Assembly: GCA_963663995.1 (NCBI GenBank)
Contig: OY760660.1
Span: 1,170,001 to 1,202,000, forward strand
Length of the DNA: 32,000 bases
Source of the DNA: Erysipelotrichaceae bacterium
GTDB lineage: Bacteria > Bacillota_I > Bacilli_A > Erysipelotrichales > Erysipelotrichaceae
Reading direction: 5' to 3'
The notes below the pieces were generated by a model. The model was given only the letters and a program-made list of their open reading frames with translations. It searched no databases and had not been told where the DNA came from. This document shows positions 10,862-19,147 of the stretch, piece after piece (within the stretch, counting starts at the first letter, position 1; each line of letters begins with the position of its first letter). The position numbers were made by a program, and so were the translations under genes.

Positions 10862-10885
10862 CGAATTGGTTATTAAACCAATTCG
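10862..10885 (-). promoter_or_regulatory. perfect 10-bp stem / 4-nt loop hairpin enclosing the rplW stop codon
   Basis: Plus strand cgaattggtt-atta-aaccaattcg at 10862-10885. The rplW TAA (10873-10875) sits in the loop. No U-tract follows, so it is not a canonical terminator. Function unknown. Confidence 0.5.
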
Positions 10886-11154
10886 ATGCTGTTTCCTTCA
10901 GCTAATTTAACGATAGCTTTGCGAACAGCGCTTGTTTGACCAACATAACGACCCATACGTTTTGTACGTGGACGAACGTTGACAATGTTTACTTTTTCAA
11001 CTTTAACTTTGAAGATTTCTTCAACAGCTTGTTTGACTTGTGTTTTATTTGCAGAACGAGCAACTTCGAATGTTACTTTGTTATCTTCTGCTTGTAATTT
11101 CATTGTTTTCTCAGTAATTAGAGGGCGAACAATGACATCTCTTGCGTTTGACAT
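10873..11154 (-). CDS. rplW: 50S ribosomal protein L23
   Basis: 93-aa ORF ...[51 protein letters not shown]... Confidence 0.96.
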   Translation of the reverse strand: MSNARDVIVRPLITEKTMKLQAEDNKVTFEVARSANKTQVKQAVEEIFKVKVEKVNIVNVRPRTKRMGRYVGQTSAVRKAIVKLAEGNSIELV

Positions 11155-11783
11155 TAAGCTAAGACCTCCCCAGCTGTTTTAATAGCTGCTTCAGTAAAGA
11201 CGATGTTGTTTACACGCATCATGTCGAATAAGTTCAATCCTTCAACAGTTGTGAAGAGAACATTTTCTAAGTTACGCATTGAGAGATAAGCATTTTCCCA
11301 ATCTTCGTTAGAATTGAAGACATATAATGTGTTTCTTGTGCAGTTAAGAGCATTTTGAACAACAACGAAGTCTTTAGTTTTTGGTGTTGCTAAGTTAATA
11401 GCATCAACAACTAAGATTTCATTCGCAGCTAGTTTTTCAGACAATACTGAACGAACAGCTAAACGACGAACTTTACGATTAATACGGTATGCGTAACTAC
11501 GTGGTGTAGGACCGAAGGATACACCCCCGCCTCTCCAATGTGGGTTACGAATAGAACCGGTACGGGCACGACCTGTACCCTTTTGACGCCAAGGCTTACG
11601 TCCGCCACCGCGAACTTCAGCTTTAGTTTTGACATCATGTGTTCCTTGACGCATCGCAGCGCGTTGTGCCAAGACTGAATCAAATACTGCTTGTTGATTG
11701 GGTTCAATACCAAATACAGCATCATTAATTTTTAATTTGCGAAGAACTTCGCCTGTTTGACTTAATACGTTAATTGATGGCAT
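11154..11783 (-). CDS. rplD: 50S ribosomal protein L4
   Basis: 209-aa ORF ...[45 protein letters not shown]... Confidence 0.97.
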   Translation of the reverse strand: MPSINVLSQTGEVLRKLKINDAVFGIEPNQQAVFDSVLAQRAAMRQGTHDVKTKAEVRGGGRKPWRQKGTGRARTGSIRNPHWRGGGVSFGPTPRSYAYRINRKVRRLAVRSVLSEKLAANEILVVDAINLATPKTKDFVVVQNALNCTRNTLYVFNSNEDWENAYLSMRNLENVLFTTVEGLNLFDMMRVNNIVFTEAAIKTAGEVLA

Positions 11784-11786
11784 GGC

Positions 11787-12611
11787 TTAGTCCTCCTTTA
11801 CTTCTTCAGTAGCTTCAACAGCAGGTGCTGCTTCCTCAGCTACAACTTCTTCGACAACTGCTTCAGCTGCAAGTTCTTCAACTACTGGAGTTTCAGCAAC
11901 AACTTCTTCAGCGACGACTTCTTCAACAACTTCTTCCACAACTGGTGTACGATCAAGTAATTCTTGAGCTTCAACAGATTTGTTTCTCTTAGTTGTTGTT
12001 TTAACGACAACGAATCCACGTTTAGGTCCAGGTACATTACCTTTAATTAATAATGCATCGTTTTCGAGATCAACTTTGATGATTTCTAAATTTTGGTTAG
12101 TGGTTGAATATCCACCTTCTTGACCAGGCATAACACGACCTTTGTTGATAATACCGTTGTTACGTCCTACAGTTGCAAGTGAACCCACACCTCTGTGGAA
12201 GCCTGAACCGTGAGATTTAGGTCCAATAGTTTGATTGTTACGTACAATCGCACCCATGAATCCTTTACCTTTAGATGTGCCAGATACATCAACCATTTCG
12301 CCTGCAGTGAATAAGTCAACTTTAACTTCTTGACCTACTTCATATCCATTCATAGCTTCACCGCGAATTTCGCGAATGAATTTCTTTGGAGCAGCATTTG
12401 CTTTGGTAGCATGTCCGACTAGAGCTTTGGTAGCGCGTTGAGGTTTAACATCTTGTAAACCTAATTGAACTGCTACATAACCGTCTGTTTCGACAGTTTT
12501 CTTTTGAAGAACGATATTTGGCTCAACTTTAACAACTGTTACAGGAATTAATTTTCCTTCAGTCGTGAAGATTTGCGTCATACCTAATTTTCTTCCGAGT
12601 AGTCCTTTCAT
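11787..12611 (-). CDS. rplC: 50S ribosomal protein L3 with ~64-aa acidic Val/Glu/Ala C-terminal tail
   Basis: Canonical start MKGLLGRKLGMTQIF at the ATG at 12611, with a GGAGA SD 8-12 nt upstream. The track start at 12656 would overlap the rpsJ 3' end. The core ends near ...GNVPGPKRGFVVVKTTTKRNK, then the tail follows. Confidence 0.94.
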   Translation of the reverse strand: MKGLLGRKLGMTQIFTTEGKLIPVTVVKVEPNIVLQKKTVETDGYVAVQLGLQDVKPQRATKALVGHATKANAAPKKFIREIRGEAMNGYEVGQEVKVDLFTAGEMVDVSGTSKGKGFMGAIVRNNQTIGPKSHGSGFHRGVGSLATVGRNNGIINKGRVMPGQEGGYSTTNQNLEIIKVDLENDALLIKGNVPGPKRGFVVVKTTTKRNKSVEAQELLDRTPVVEEVVEEVVAEEVVAETPVVEELAAEAVVEEVVAEEAAPAVEATEEVKED

Positions 12612-12630
12612 GATTTTTTCTCCTTGTTTC

Positions 12631-12942
12631 TTATAACTTAATTTCGATATCAACACCGCTTGGTAGCTCTAAACGACTTAGAGCATCAATTGTTGCTGTG
12701 CTTGGACCCACGATCTCAATGAGACGTTTGTGAGTTCTTTGTTCGAATTGTTCACGTGAATCTTTGTACTTATGTACAGCACGTAGAACTGTTACTACTT
12801 GTTTTTCAGTTGGTAGTGGAACTGGTCCGATAACTTTTTTAGAACCGTTGTCTTCAGCAGCTTGTACAATTTTTTGTGTAGCTGCGTCTAAACTTCTGTG
12901 TTCATAAGCTTTTAGACGAATACGAATACTATTCTTTGCCAT
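12631..12942 (-). CDS. rpsJ: 30S ribosomal protein S10
   Basis: 103-aa [50 protein letters not shown]...; first gene of the S10 operon. Confidence 0.98.
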   Translation of the reverse strand: MAKNSIRIRLKAYEHRSLDAATQKIVQAAEDNGSKKVIGPVPLPTEKQVVTVLRAVHKYKDSREQFEQRTHKRLIEIVGPSTATIDALSRLELPSGVDIEIKL

Positions 12943-13074
12943 GGTTAGCCTCCTGTTTAGCGCCTTTAAGAATCCTTGTTCTTACGCAACGTACGAATAA
13001 CCCGACTTGACACTGACCATGACAACGCTTATCAGTGTGTCAGCAACCTCTTACGTTTGAGCGTGCGCTTTAAA

Positions 13075-13103
13075 ATTATACGCCTTAGACATATAAAAAG
13101 CAA
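13075..13103 (-). promoter_or_regulatory. candidate sigma-A promoter of the S10 operon
   Basis: Minus strand reads TTGCTT (13098-13103), exact 17-nt spacer, TATAAT (13075-13080). It is followed by a ~125-nt leader before the rpsJ ATG. The -35 overlaps the upstream terminator stem. Confidence 0.5.
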
Positions 13104-13121
13104 GACTAAATTTGTCTTGCT
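13093..13121 (-). terminator. rho-independent terminator after the citrate synthase gene
   Basis: 8-bp stem agcaagac/gtcttgct (13099-13106 and 13114-13121) with a 7-nt loop and a U-run on the minus strand (plus-strand A-run 13095-13099). Starts 6 nt after the stop at 13127. Confidence 0.8.
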
Positions 13122-13126
13122 TTTAA

Positions 13127-14479
13127 CTAGCGTTTATCGATACTTTCGTAAGCTTGATGTTCATTCAAATTCACATAAGCCGGACGCATAATTTTATCAT
13201 CTAAAATTTGTTCTAAACGGTGTGCTGACCAACCCGCCATACGGGCAATAGCGAAGAGTGGTGTCGTCAATTCTTCTGGAATATTTAACATTGATAAGAC
13301 GAATCCCATATAGAAATCAACATTCGCACAAACGCGATTATCACTCTTAACTTTCGAGTTAATCAATTCACATCCAATGCGATCAATTTTCTCTAAGAAT
13401 TCAAGTTCTTTTAAACGACCTTTAATCTTAGCTAACTCTCGTGCTTTTTCTTTAATGATTAAAGTACGAGGATCTGACAAGGTATAAACAGCATGACCTA
13501 AACCATAGATTAAACCTTTTTTATCGTAAGCATCTTTGCTTAAGATTCTTTGAAGATAAACTCTTAATTCATCATCATTATTTTTATCTTTAATGTGTAG
13601 ACGAATATCTTTAAGCATATCAGTGACAGCTTTATTAGCCCCACCATGTTTCGGACCCTTTAGAGCACCAATTGCTGTCGAGATGGCACTATATGTATCA
13701 GTCCCTGTTGAAGATACGACATGGGTAGCAAAGGACGAATTATTACCCCCACCATGTTCAGCTTGAATGACTAATAGTAAATCTAATGTTTCAAGTTCTT
13801 CTTGGGTGTATTTTTTATCCGGACGTATCATGCGCAAAATGTTTGCAGCTGTTCCAATTCCTTTTTGTGGACGATGTAACATCAATGATTCATTGTGGAA
13901 AGCGTGACGTTTTGCTTGATAACCATAAGCTGCAATTGCAGGCATTTTCGCAATTAGATCAATTGATTGTTTTAAAACATTGAAGACGGTAATATTATCA
14001 GGATCTTTATCATAAGAATAGAGCGTCAACACTGAACGTTGTAGTTTGTTCATAATGTTGTTGGCTGGAATCTTAATAATGACATCTTCTTTATAACCTT
14101 TAGGTAAAGCCCGACTTTCATCTAAGACTTGATTAAAGTAATCTAGTTCTTCCTTAGTTGGAAGTTTCGCAAATAATAATAAGTAGACGATTTCTTCAAA
14201 CCCTAAACGACGATCTGCTTGAAATCCTTTAACTAAATCAGAAAGTGCATAACCACGATAGTAAACTTCACCTTCACACGGTACTTTAACACCATTCTCT
14301 TTTGTATAACCAACCACTTCACCAACTCGAGTAATGCCAACTAAAACACCGGTCCCGTTATCATTTCTAAGACCGCGTTTAATGTTGTGTTCTTTATACA
14401 GTTCGTTTTCTATCGTATTGTTACGAAGAATTTGACCTGCATATTTTTCTAAGTTTGCTTCTAATTTTTTATGTGGCAT
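13127..14479 (-). CDS. gltA: citrate synthase (Si-type citrate synthase family)
   Basis: 450-aa ORF with citrate-synthase family signatures (...AEHGGGNNSSFATHVVSSTGTDTYSAISTAIGALKGPKHGGANKAV..., GLGHAVY, ...DFYMG..., AIARMAGWSAH). Confidence 0.9.
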   Translation of the reverse strand: MPHKKLEANLEKYAGQILRNNTIENELYKEHNIKRGLRNDNGTGVLVGITRVGEVVGYTKENGVKVPCEGEVYYRGYALSDLVKGFQADRRLGFEEIVYLLLFAKLPTKEELDYFNQVLDESRALPKGYKEDVIIKIPANNIMNKLQRSVLTLYSYDKDPDNITVFNVLKQSIDLIAKMPAIAAYGYQAKRHAFHNESLMLHRPQKGIGTAANILRMIRPDKKYTQEELETLDLLLVIQAEHGGGNNSSFATHVVSSTGTDTYSAISTAIGALKGPKHGGANKAVTDMLKDIRLHIKDKNNDDELRVYLQRILSKDAYDKKGLIYGLGHAVYTLSDPRTLIIKEKARELAKIKGRLKELEFLEKIDRIGCELINSKVKSDNRVCANVDFYMGFVLSMLNIPEELTTPLFAIARMAGWSAHRLEQILDDKIMRPAYVNLNEHQAYESIDKR

Positions 14480-14490
14480 CGTTTCTTCTC

Positions 14491-15474
14491 TTAATTTGAT
14501 TGGATTAACTCAATCATCTTTTGTGTATAGCCTTTGGTGTCTAGTGGTCCTTTAACATCTTTTGTGAAAGTCATTGGGTCACTGTAGATAACATCTAAGG
14601 CTTTTCTGATTTTTTCTGCAGCATCTCTTTGGTTCAGATAATCTAGCATCAAACAAGCACTTAATAACATGGCACTTGGATTTGCTAAACCTTTACCTGC
14701 AATATCTGGAGCTGTTCCATGAACCGCTTCAAAGATTGCACTGTCTTCGCCTAAATTAGCAGATGGGACAAAACCTAAGCCACCAATTAATCCTGCACAT
14801 AAATCAGATAAAATATCACCATATAAATTCTCAGTTAAAATAACATCAAATTGAGATGGATCAATCACTAGTTGCATGCACATATTGTCGACTAAGACTT
14901 CTGTGGTTTCAATACTTGGGTAATCTTTCGCTACATCACGACAACTTTCTAAGAATAAACCATCAGATAGTTTCATAATATTAGCTTTTTGAACGATTGT
15001 TACTTTTCTACGATTGTTCTCTACCGCAAAATCATATGCCGCTTTGGCAATACGTTTTGAAGCAGATCGTGTAATAACTTTAATCGAGTGTGCTGTATCA
15101 GCATCGATTTGTTCTTCAATCCCCGCATAGAGATCTTCAGTGTTTTCTCTAAAGATAACTAAATCAACACCTTTGAATCGGGTTGGGATTTCGCCTAAGT
15201 TTTTAACAGGACGGATATTTGCGAATAATTTAAATTCTTTTCTTAATTGAACATTTAAGGATCTGAAACCTTTTCCAATCGGTGTCATTAAAGGTCCTTT
15301 TAAGGCAATTTTATTTTTTTGGATACTTTTTAAAACTTCATCATTAAGAACACCGTTTTCAACTTTTTGAATGTCCCAAACAATATCAGCCTTAGCTGCT
15401 TCTAATATTTCACGAACGGCTTGGGTAATCTCTGGTCCAATACCATTCCCTTCAATTAATGTTATTACACTCAT
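14491..15474 (-). CDS. icd: isocitrate dehydrogenase (isocitrate/isopropylmalate dehydrogenase family, short NAD-type)
   Basis: 327-aa ORF with beta-decarboxylating dehydrogenase motifs (LKGPLMTP...[48 protein letters not shown]). Isocitrate as substrate is inferred from the flanking aconitase and citrate synthase. Confidence 0.8.
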   Translation of the reverse strand: MSVITLIEGNGIGPEITQAVREILEAAKADIVWDIQKVENGVLNDEVLKSIQKNKIALKGPLMTPIGKGFRSLNVQLRKEFKLFANIRPVKNLGEIPTRFKGVDLVIFRENTEDLYAGIEEQIDADTAHSIKVITRSASKRIAKAAYDFAVENNRRKVTIVQKANIMKLSDGLFLESCRDVAKDYPSIETTEVLVDNMCMQLVIDPSQFDVILTENLYGDILSDLCAGLIGGLGFVPSANLGEDSAIFEAVHGTAPDIAGKGLANPSAMLLSACLMLDYLNQRDAAEKIRKALDVIYSDPMTFTKDVKGPLDTKGYTQKMIELIQSN

Positions 15475-17390
15475 TTACTTGCCTCTTGTTTAGCAAAGTT
15501 TAAATAACCACCCGCCATTAAGATTTCAACTTCACGATCAGTTAGTTGAACCTTAACAATGACATCACAGTCTTGTGTTAAGTTACGGACTACAAATTCG
15601 TTATCCGTTTGAATAGATTTATGAATATTTGTGAAACTTAAGACATCACCTTGGGCAACTTCTCCGGACACATATAAGCAAGGAAGTATCGCAGCATTGA
15701 TGAGATTGTTTCTGTGAATTCTCGCAAATGATTTTGCGATAACTGCTTTAACCCCTAGATATAAAGGAATAAGTGCAGCATGTTCACGCGAGGATCCTTG
15801 TCCATAGTTTTCACCACCGACAATGACTCCACCGTTGTTGTCTTTAGCACGTTGATAGAAATCTTTATCCACACCATGGAAACAATATTCAGCTAACGCA
15901 GGGATATTTGAACGAAGTGGTAAGAGTTTCGCATAAGAAGGAACGATATCATCTGTTGTAATATTATCGCCTACTTTTAAAGTAACGACTTCTTTAAAGC
16001 TATCAGCTAAAGTATTTGATTGTGGGAAAGGTTTAATATTTGGACCTGTATAGATTTCAACAGATGCTGGATCTTTACTTGGTGGAATAATATATCCTTC
16101 GACAAAACCAAATGAATCGATTTCATCAATCGTTAGGTTTGCATCACATTCTGTCACATCACTTAGTTCACCTTTAATCGCTGAGTATGCAGCTGTTTCT
16201 GGAGAAACCAAATAAACTTGAGCCGAAGCCGTTCCTGATCTACCTTTAAAGTTACGGTTGAATGTACGTAAAGATATTGCATCCGTACGAGGCGCTTGAC
16301 CCATACCAATACATGGACCACAACCTGATTCTAAAATTCGTGCACCCGCTTTAATCATGTCAGCTAATGCGCCATTTTCAGAAATGAGTCTTAAGATATT
16401 AGCTGATCCAGGAGATACAACAAAAGACACATCTGGATGAACAGTTTTACCTTTTAAGATACGAGCGACTTTCATTAAGTCAGCGTATGAAGAGTTTGTG
16501 CATGAACCAATCGCAACTTGATCGACTTTTAAACCTTTTACCGCATCAACGCTGACAACGTTGTCTGGCATATGTGGTTGAGCAACCATTGGTGATAGGT
16601 CACTTAAATTAATTGTAATCTTATTGTCATATTCCGCATCAGCATCAGCTAAGAATTCAACCCAATCTGCCTCACGGTTTTGTTGTTTAAGATATTTACG
16701 TGTATTTTCATCGGATGGAAAAATTGAAGTCGTTGCGCCTAGTTCTGCGCCCATATTTGTAATGGTTGCGCGATCAGTAACACTTAAGTACTGTAATGCT
16801 TCACCACTATATTCCATAACATAACCAACACCACCTTTTACCGATAATGTTTGTAATACTTTAAGAATAATATCTTTACCATTTACAAAAGCTTTTGGTT
16901 TTCCGATAAGTTCAACATTAAAGACTTTTGGTGATGGAATATAAACTTGACCAGTCGCCATACCAACAGCGATATCTAATCCACCCATCCCAATAGCGAG
17001 TGCTCCAATTCCACCTGCATTAGGTGTGTGTGAGTCTGAACCAATTAAGACCGTTCTAGGTTTTGCGAATTGTTCTAAGTGAACTTGATGACAAATACCT
17101 GAACCAGGTTTTGAATAAACGATTCCGTGTTTAGCCGCAACCGATTGAATAAAAGCATGATCATCTGCATTTTCAAATGATGCTTGTAGTAAGTTATGAT
17201 CAACATACGCAACTGACAAGTCGGTTTGGACTTGTTGGATATCCATAGCGAGAAACTGTAGATACGCCATTGTACCAGTTGTATCTTGAGTTAATGTTTG
17301 ATTAACTTTTAACTTCACTTCGTTCGCTGGTCTTAAGTCACCAGAGATTAAATTCTGTTCTAATATTTTTCGTGTAAGTGATTTACCCAT
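15471..17390 (-). CDS. aconitate hydratase (aconitase family, 639 aa, catalytic plus swivel domains fused)
   Basis: Aconitase-family Fe-S ligand contexts IGSDSHT, GSCTNSSYADL and GCGPCIGMG. C-terminal swivel-domain motif GENYGQGSSREHAA. Stop overlaps the icd start (15471-15474). Confidence 0.85.
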   Translation of the reverse strand: MGKSLTRKILEQNLISGDLRPANEVKLKVNQTLTQDTTGTMAYLQFLAMDIQQVQTDLSVAYVDHNLLQASFENADDHAFIQSVAAKHGIVYSKPGSGICHQVHLEQFAKPRTVLIGSDSHTPNAGGIGALAIGMGGLDIAVGMATGQVYIPSPKVFNVELIGKPKAFVNGKDIILKVLQTLSVKGGVGYVMEYSGEALQYLSVTDRATITNMGAELGATTSIFPSDENTRKYLKQQNREADWVEFLADADAEYDNKITINLSDLSPMVAQPHMPDNVVSVDAVKGLKVDQVAIGSCTNSSYADLMKVARILKGKTVHPDVSFVVSPGSANILRLISENGALADMIKAGARILESGCGPCIGMGQAPRTDAISLRTFNRNFKGRSGTASAQVYLVSPETAAYSAIKGELSDVTECDANLTIDEIDSFGFVEGYIIPPSKDPASVEIYTGPNIKPFPQSNTLADSFKEVVTLKVGDNITTDDIVPSYAKLLPLRSNIPALAEYCFHGVDKDFYQRAKDNNGGVIVGGENYGQGSSREHAALIPLYLGVKAVIAKSFARIHRNNLINAAILPCLYVSGEVAQGDVLSFTNIHKSIQTDNEFVVRNLTQDCDVIVKVQLTDREVEILMAGGYLNFAKQEASK

Positions 17391-17413
17391 AAGTCCTCCA
17401 TAATAATATGTCT

Positions 17414-17442
17414 ATTCTATGTGAAACAGCCATAATATTCAA
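17414..17442 (-). promoter_or_regulatory. candidate sigma-A promoter of the aconitase-icd-citrate synthase operon
   Basis: Minus strand reads TTGAAT (17437-17442), exact 17-nt spacer, TAGAAT (17414-17419). It lies ~23 nt upstream of the ATG at 17390, with GGAGGA between. Confidence 0.4.
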
Positions 17443-17519
17443 CTTATACTTTTAAATAGTAAGCCTGCATTTAATATGTTTTAATAATGGTAACGATTAC
17501 AGGGCACAAGGAGACAATT

Positions 17520-18692
17520 ATGCGATTTGCGAGAAGAACTAAATCTACTACATCATCTATTTTCGATGTCATTATCGAACATTTAAAGGATCCCAAGATG
17601 ATTTCATTTTCTGGTGGTTTCCCAGCAACAGATTTATTACCACATCAAGAACTCGCAAAAGCAAGTCAAATCGTTTTTGAAAAAGATAAAACTCAAGCAC
17701 TCACTTATAGTTCAACATGGGGTTATCAACCTTTAAGAGAATGGATTGCAAAGCGCTACCAAGATCTCTATCAAATGGATATAAATGCTGAAGATATTTT
17801 AATCACCACTGGTTCTCAACAGGCTTTAGATTTAATCGGAAAAGTATTCTTAGATCCGATGGATCATATTCTTGTTGAAAAACCATCTTATCTAGGCGCA
17901 TTGCAATCCTTTCAGTTATTCGAACCTAATATCCATGAAGTCATCATGAACGATGATGGAATGAACGTAAATATGTTTCGAACATTCTTACGCACCTATC
18001 ATCCAAAACTAATCTACGCTGTACCTAATTTTCAAAACCCATCTGGTATTTCCTATTCAGAAAAAGTCAGAAAAGAAATGGTTCATGCTATGAAAGCCTA
18101 TGATGTAACCTTCATTGAAGATGATCCTTATGGAGATTTGCGCTATGAAGGAACTACAGCTCCTCACTTTAAATCACTAATGCCAGAAAGAACCATTTTA
18201 TTAGGCTCATTCTCAAAAATTATTGCCCCAGGTTTAAGAGTTGGATGGGTTTGTGCTCCTAAAGAAATTCTTGACCATTTATATACCGCTAAAGAAGCCT
18301 GTGATCTACACAGTTCCAATTTAGACCAACGAATTATTTACGAGTATTTAAACCACAATGATTTAGATGCTCATATTGGTGAAGCAAAAAAACGTTATAA
18401 AGATAATCAATTATATATGTTAGCCGCTATCAAAAAGTATTTCCCAAGCAATATTAAAGTTTCTAAATCTGAAGGGGGTATGTTTCTATGGTGTAGTGGA
18501 CCTGCACATTTAAATGTTATGGACCTCTTTAATAAAGCAGTTGTTTTACATGTTTTGATAATGCCAGGTACTCCATTTTATGCCTCAAGTCCTGAAATGA
18601 ATACTTTTAGACTAAATTATACAAGTGTCAGTTTCAAACAAATTGATGAAGGTATCGCAAGTTTAGGTGCTATCTTAAAAGGAATGTTATAA
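17520..18692 (+). CDS. PLP-dependent aminotransferase (class I/II fold, ARO8 / 2-aminoadipate-transaminase-like)
   Basis: 390-aa ORF from ATG 17520 (AAGGAGA SD 5 nt upstream; the track start at 17487 has no SD). PLP-lysine context SFSKIIAPGLRVGW, with N-terminal GGFPATDLLP. The only plus-strand gene in the window. Confidence 0.85.
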   Translation: MRFARRTKSTTSSIFDVIIEHLKDPKMISFSGGFPATDLLPHQELAKASQIVFEKDKTQALTYSSTWGYQPLREWIAKRYQDLYQMDINAEDILITTGSQQALDLIGKVFLDPMDHILVEKPSYLGALQSFQLFEPNIHEVIMNDDGMNVNMFRTFLRTYHPKLIYAVPNFQNPSGISYSEKVRKEMVHAMKAYDVTFIEDDPYGDLRYEGTTAPHFKSLMPERTILLGSFSKIIAPGLRVGWVCAPKEILDHLYTAKEACDLHSSNLDQRIIYEYLNHNDLDAHIGEAKKRYKDNQLYMLAAIKKYFPSNIKVSKSEGGMFLWCSGPAHLNVMDLFNKAVVLHVLIMPGTPFYASSPEMNTFRLNYTSVSFKQIDEGIASLGAILKGML

Positions 18693-18716
18693 AAAACGGA
18701 AAATTCCGTTTTTTTA
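18691..18716. terminator. bidirectional rho-independent terminator between convergent genes
   Basis: aaaaaacgga-aaat-tccgttttttt: 6-bp stem with an A-run on the left and a T-run on the right. Serves both the plus-strand aminotransferase and the minus-strand small ORF. Confidence 0.75.
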
Positions 18717-18890
18717 ATCCTCTTTTGTATATGCACCAAACAACATGAAATAAAGAATACCAATACTGATTAGATATCCATACCAACTATGTTGTAGAGA
18801 TGCCATAAATAGAACAATTGCATATAAAGCAATAATGATAAAGGCAATAATTGCGGATAATCTTTCTTCGAGTTCTGTATTACGTTTCAT
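18714..18890 (-). CDS. hypothetical small membrane protein (58 aa, two predicted TM helices)
   Basis: The track ORF starts at a TTG (18923). The first ATG (18890) gives MKRNTELEERLSAIIAFIIIALYAIVLFMASLQHSWYGYLISIGILYFMLFGAYTKED, with two hydrophobic spans. No recognisable family. Confidence 0.45.
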   Translation of the reverse strand: MKRNTELEERLSAIIAFIIIALYAIVLFMASLQHSWYGYLISIGILYFMLFGAYTKED

Positions 18891-18927
18891 GTTTTTGATT
18901 TTAACATAATCAAAATAAAACAAAATA

Positions 18928-19098
18928 TCATTTTCTTGCTTCTTGAATCCAAGGAATAGACACTGGACCTAAACCATGTAATTTTAACAATTCCTCATCT
19001 GATACTTTCCGTAAATCTTCAATACTGTTAATATTTGCACTCGCTAAAGCTCGTTGTGCTGGTTTACTTAAATGACTTAATAATTCCAAATAGGTCAT
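18928..19098 (-). CDS. unannotated 56-aa helix-hairpin-helix protein resembling the RNA polymerase alpha C-terminal domain
   Basis: Below the ORF-track cutoff. Manual translation gives MTYLELLSHLSKPAQRALASANINSIEDLRKVSDEELLKLHGLGPVSIPWIQEARK, with TGA stop at 18928-18930. The pattern LS..A...L....I.S.EDL......ELL.L.G.G is alpha-CTD/HhH-like. Caveat: no Shine-Dalgarno, and the ATG lies 5 nt after the tuf terminator U-tract. Confidence 0.45.
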   Translation of the reverse strand: MTYLELLSHLSKPAQRALASANINSIEDLRKVSDEELLKLHGLGPVSIPWIQEARK

Positions 19099-19103
19099 AG
19101 ATA

Positions 19104-19130
19104 TAAAAAAAGCTAGACAAAAGTCTAGCT
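19104..19130 (-). terminator. rho-independent terminator after tuf
   Basis: 8-bp stem agctagac/gtctagct (19111-19118 and 19123-19130), 4-nt loop, and a 7-U run on the minus strand (plus-strand A-run 19104-19110). Confidence 0.85.
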
Positions 19131-19147
19131 AGATTTGTTTTGTAAGA

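Noticed and set aside
6861-12000. DNA-level tandem repeats, or a CRISPR-like or minisatellite array, in the L24, S3 and L3 tail-coding regions
   Set aside because: The periodicity is explained by in-frame low-complexity coding (AKK, RRPRRD, VVEE units). There is no repeat-spacer organisation and no non-coding array.
13127-18692. Reading the cluster as an alpha-aminoadipate lysine pathway (homocitrate synthase, homoaconitase, homoisocitrate dehydrogenase, AAA aminotransferase)
   Set aside because: The first enzyme has clear citrate-synthase-family motifs rather than the LeuA/IPMS-like fold of homocitrate synthase. The TCA oxidative-branch reading is therefore simpler. Substrate specificity of the other three enzymes cannot be settled from sequence by eye, so this remains a minor alternative.
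13093-19130. Genomic island or prophage remnant between tuf and rpsJ
   Set aside because: No integrase, transposase, flanking direct repeats, tRNA attachment site or obvious compositional break is visible. The block contains metabolic genes with normal SDs and terminators. Horizontal origin cannot be excluded without phylogeny.
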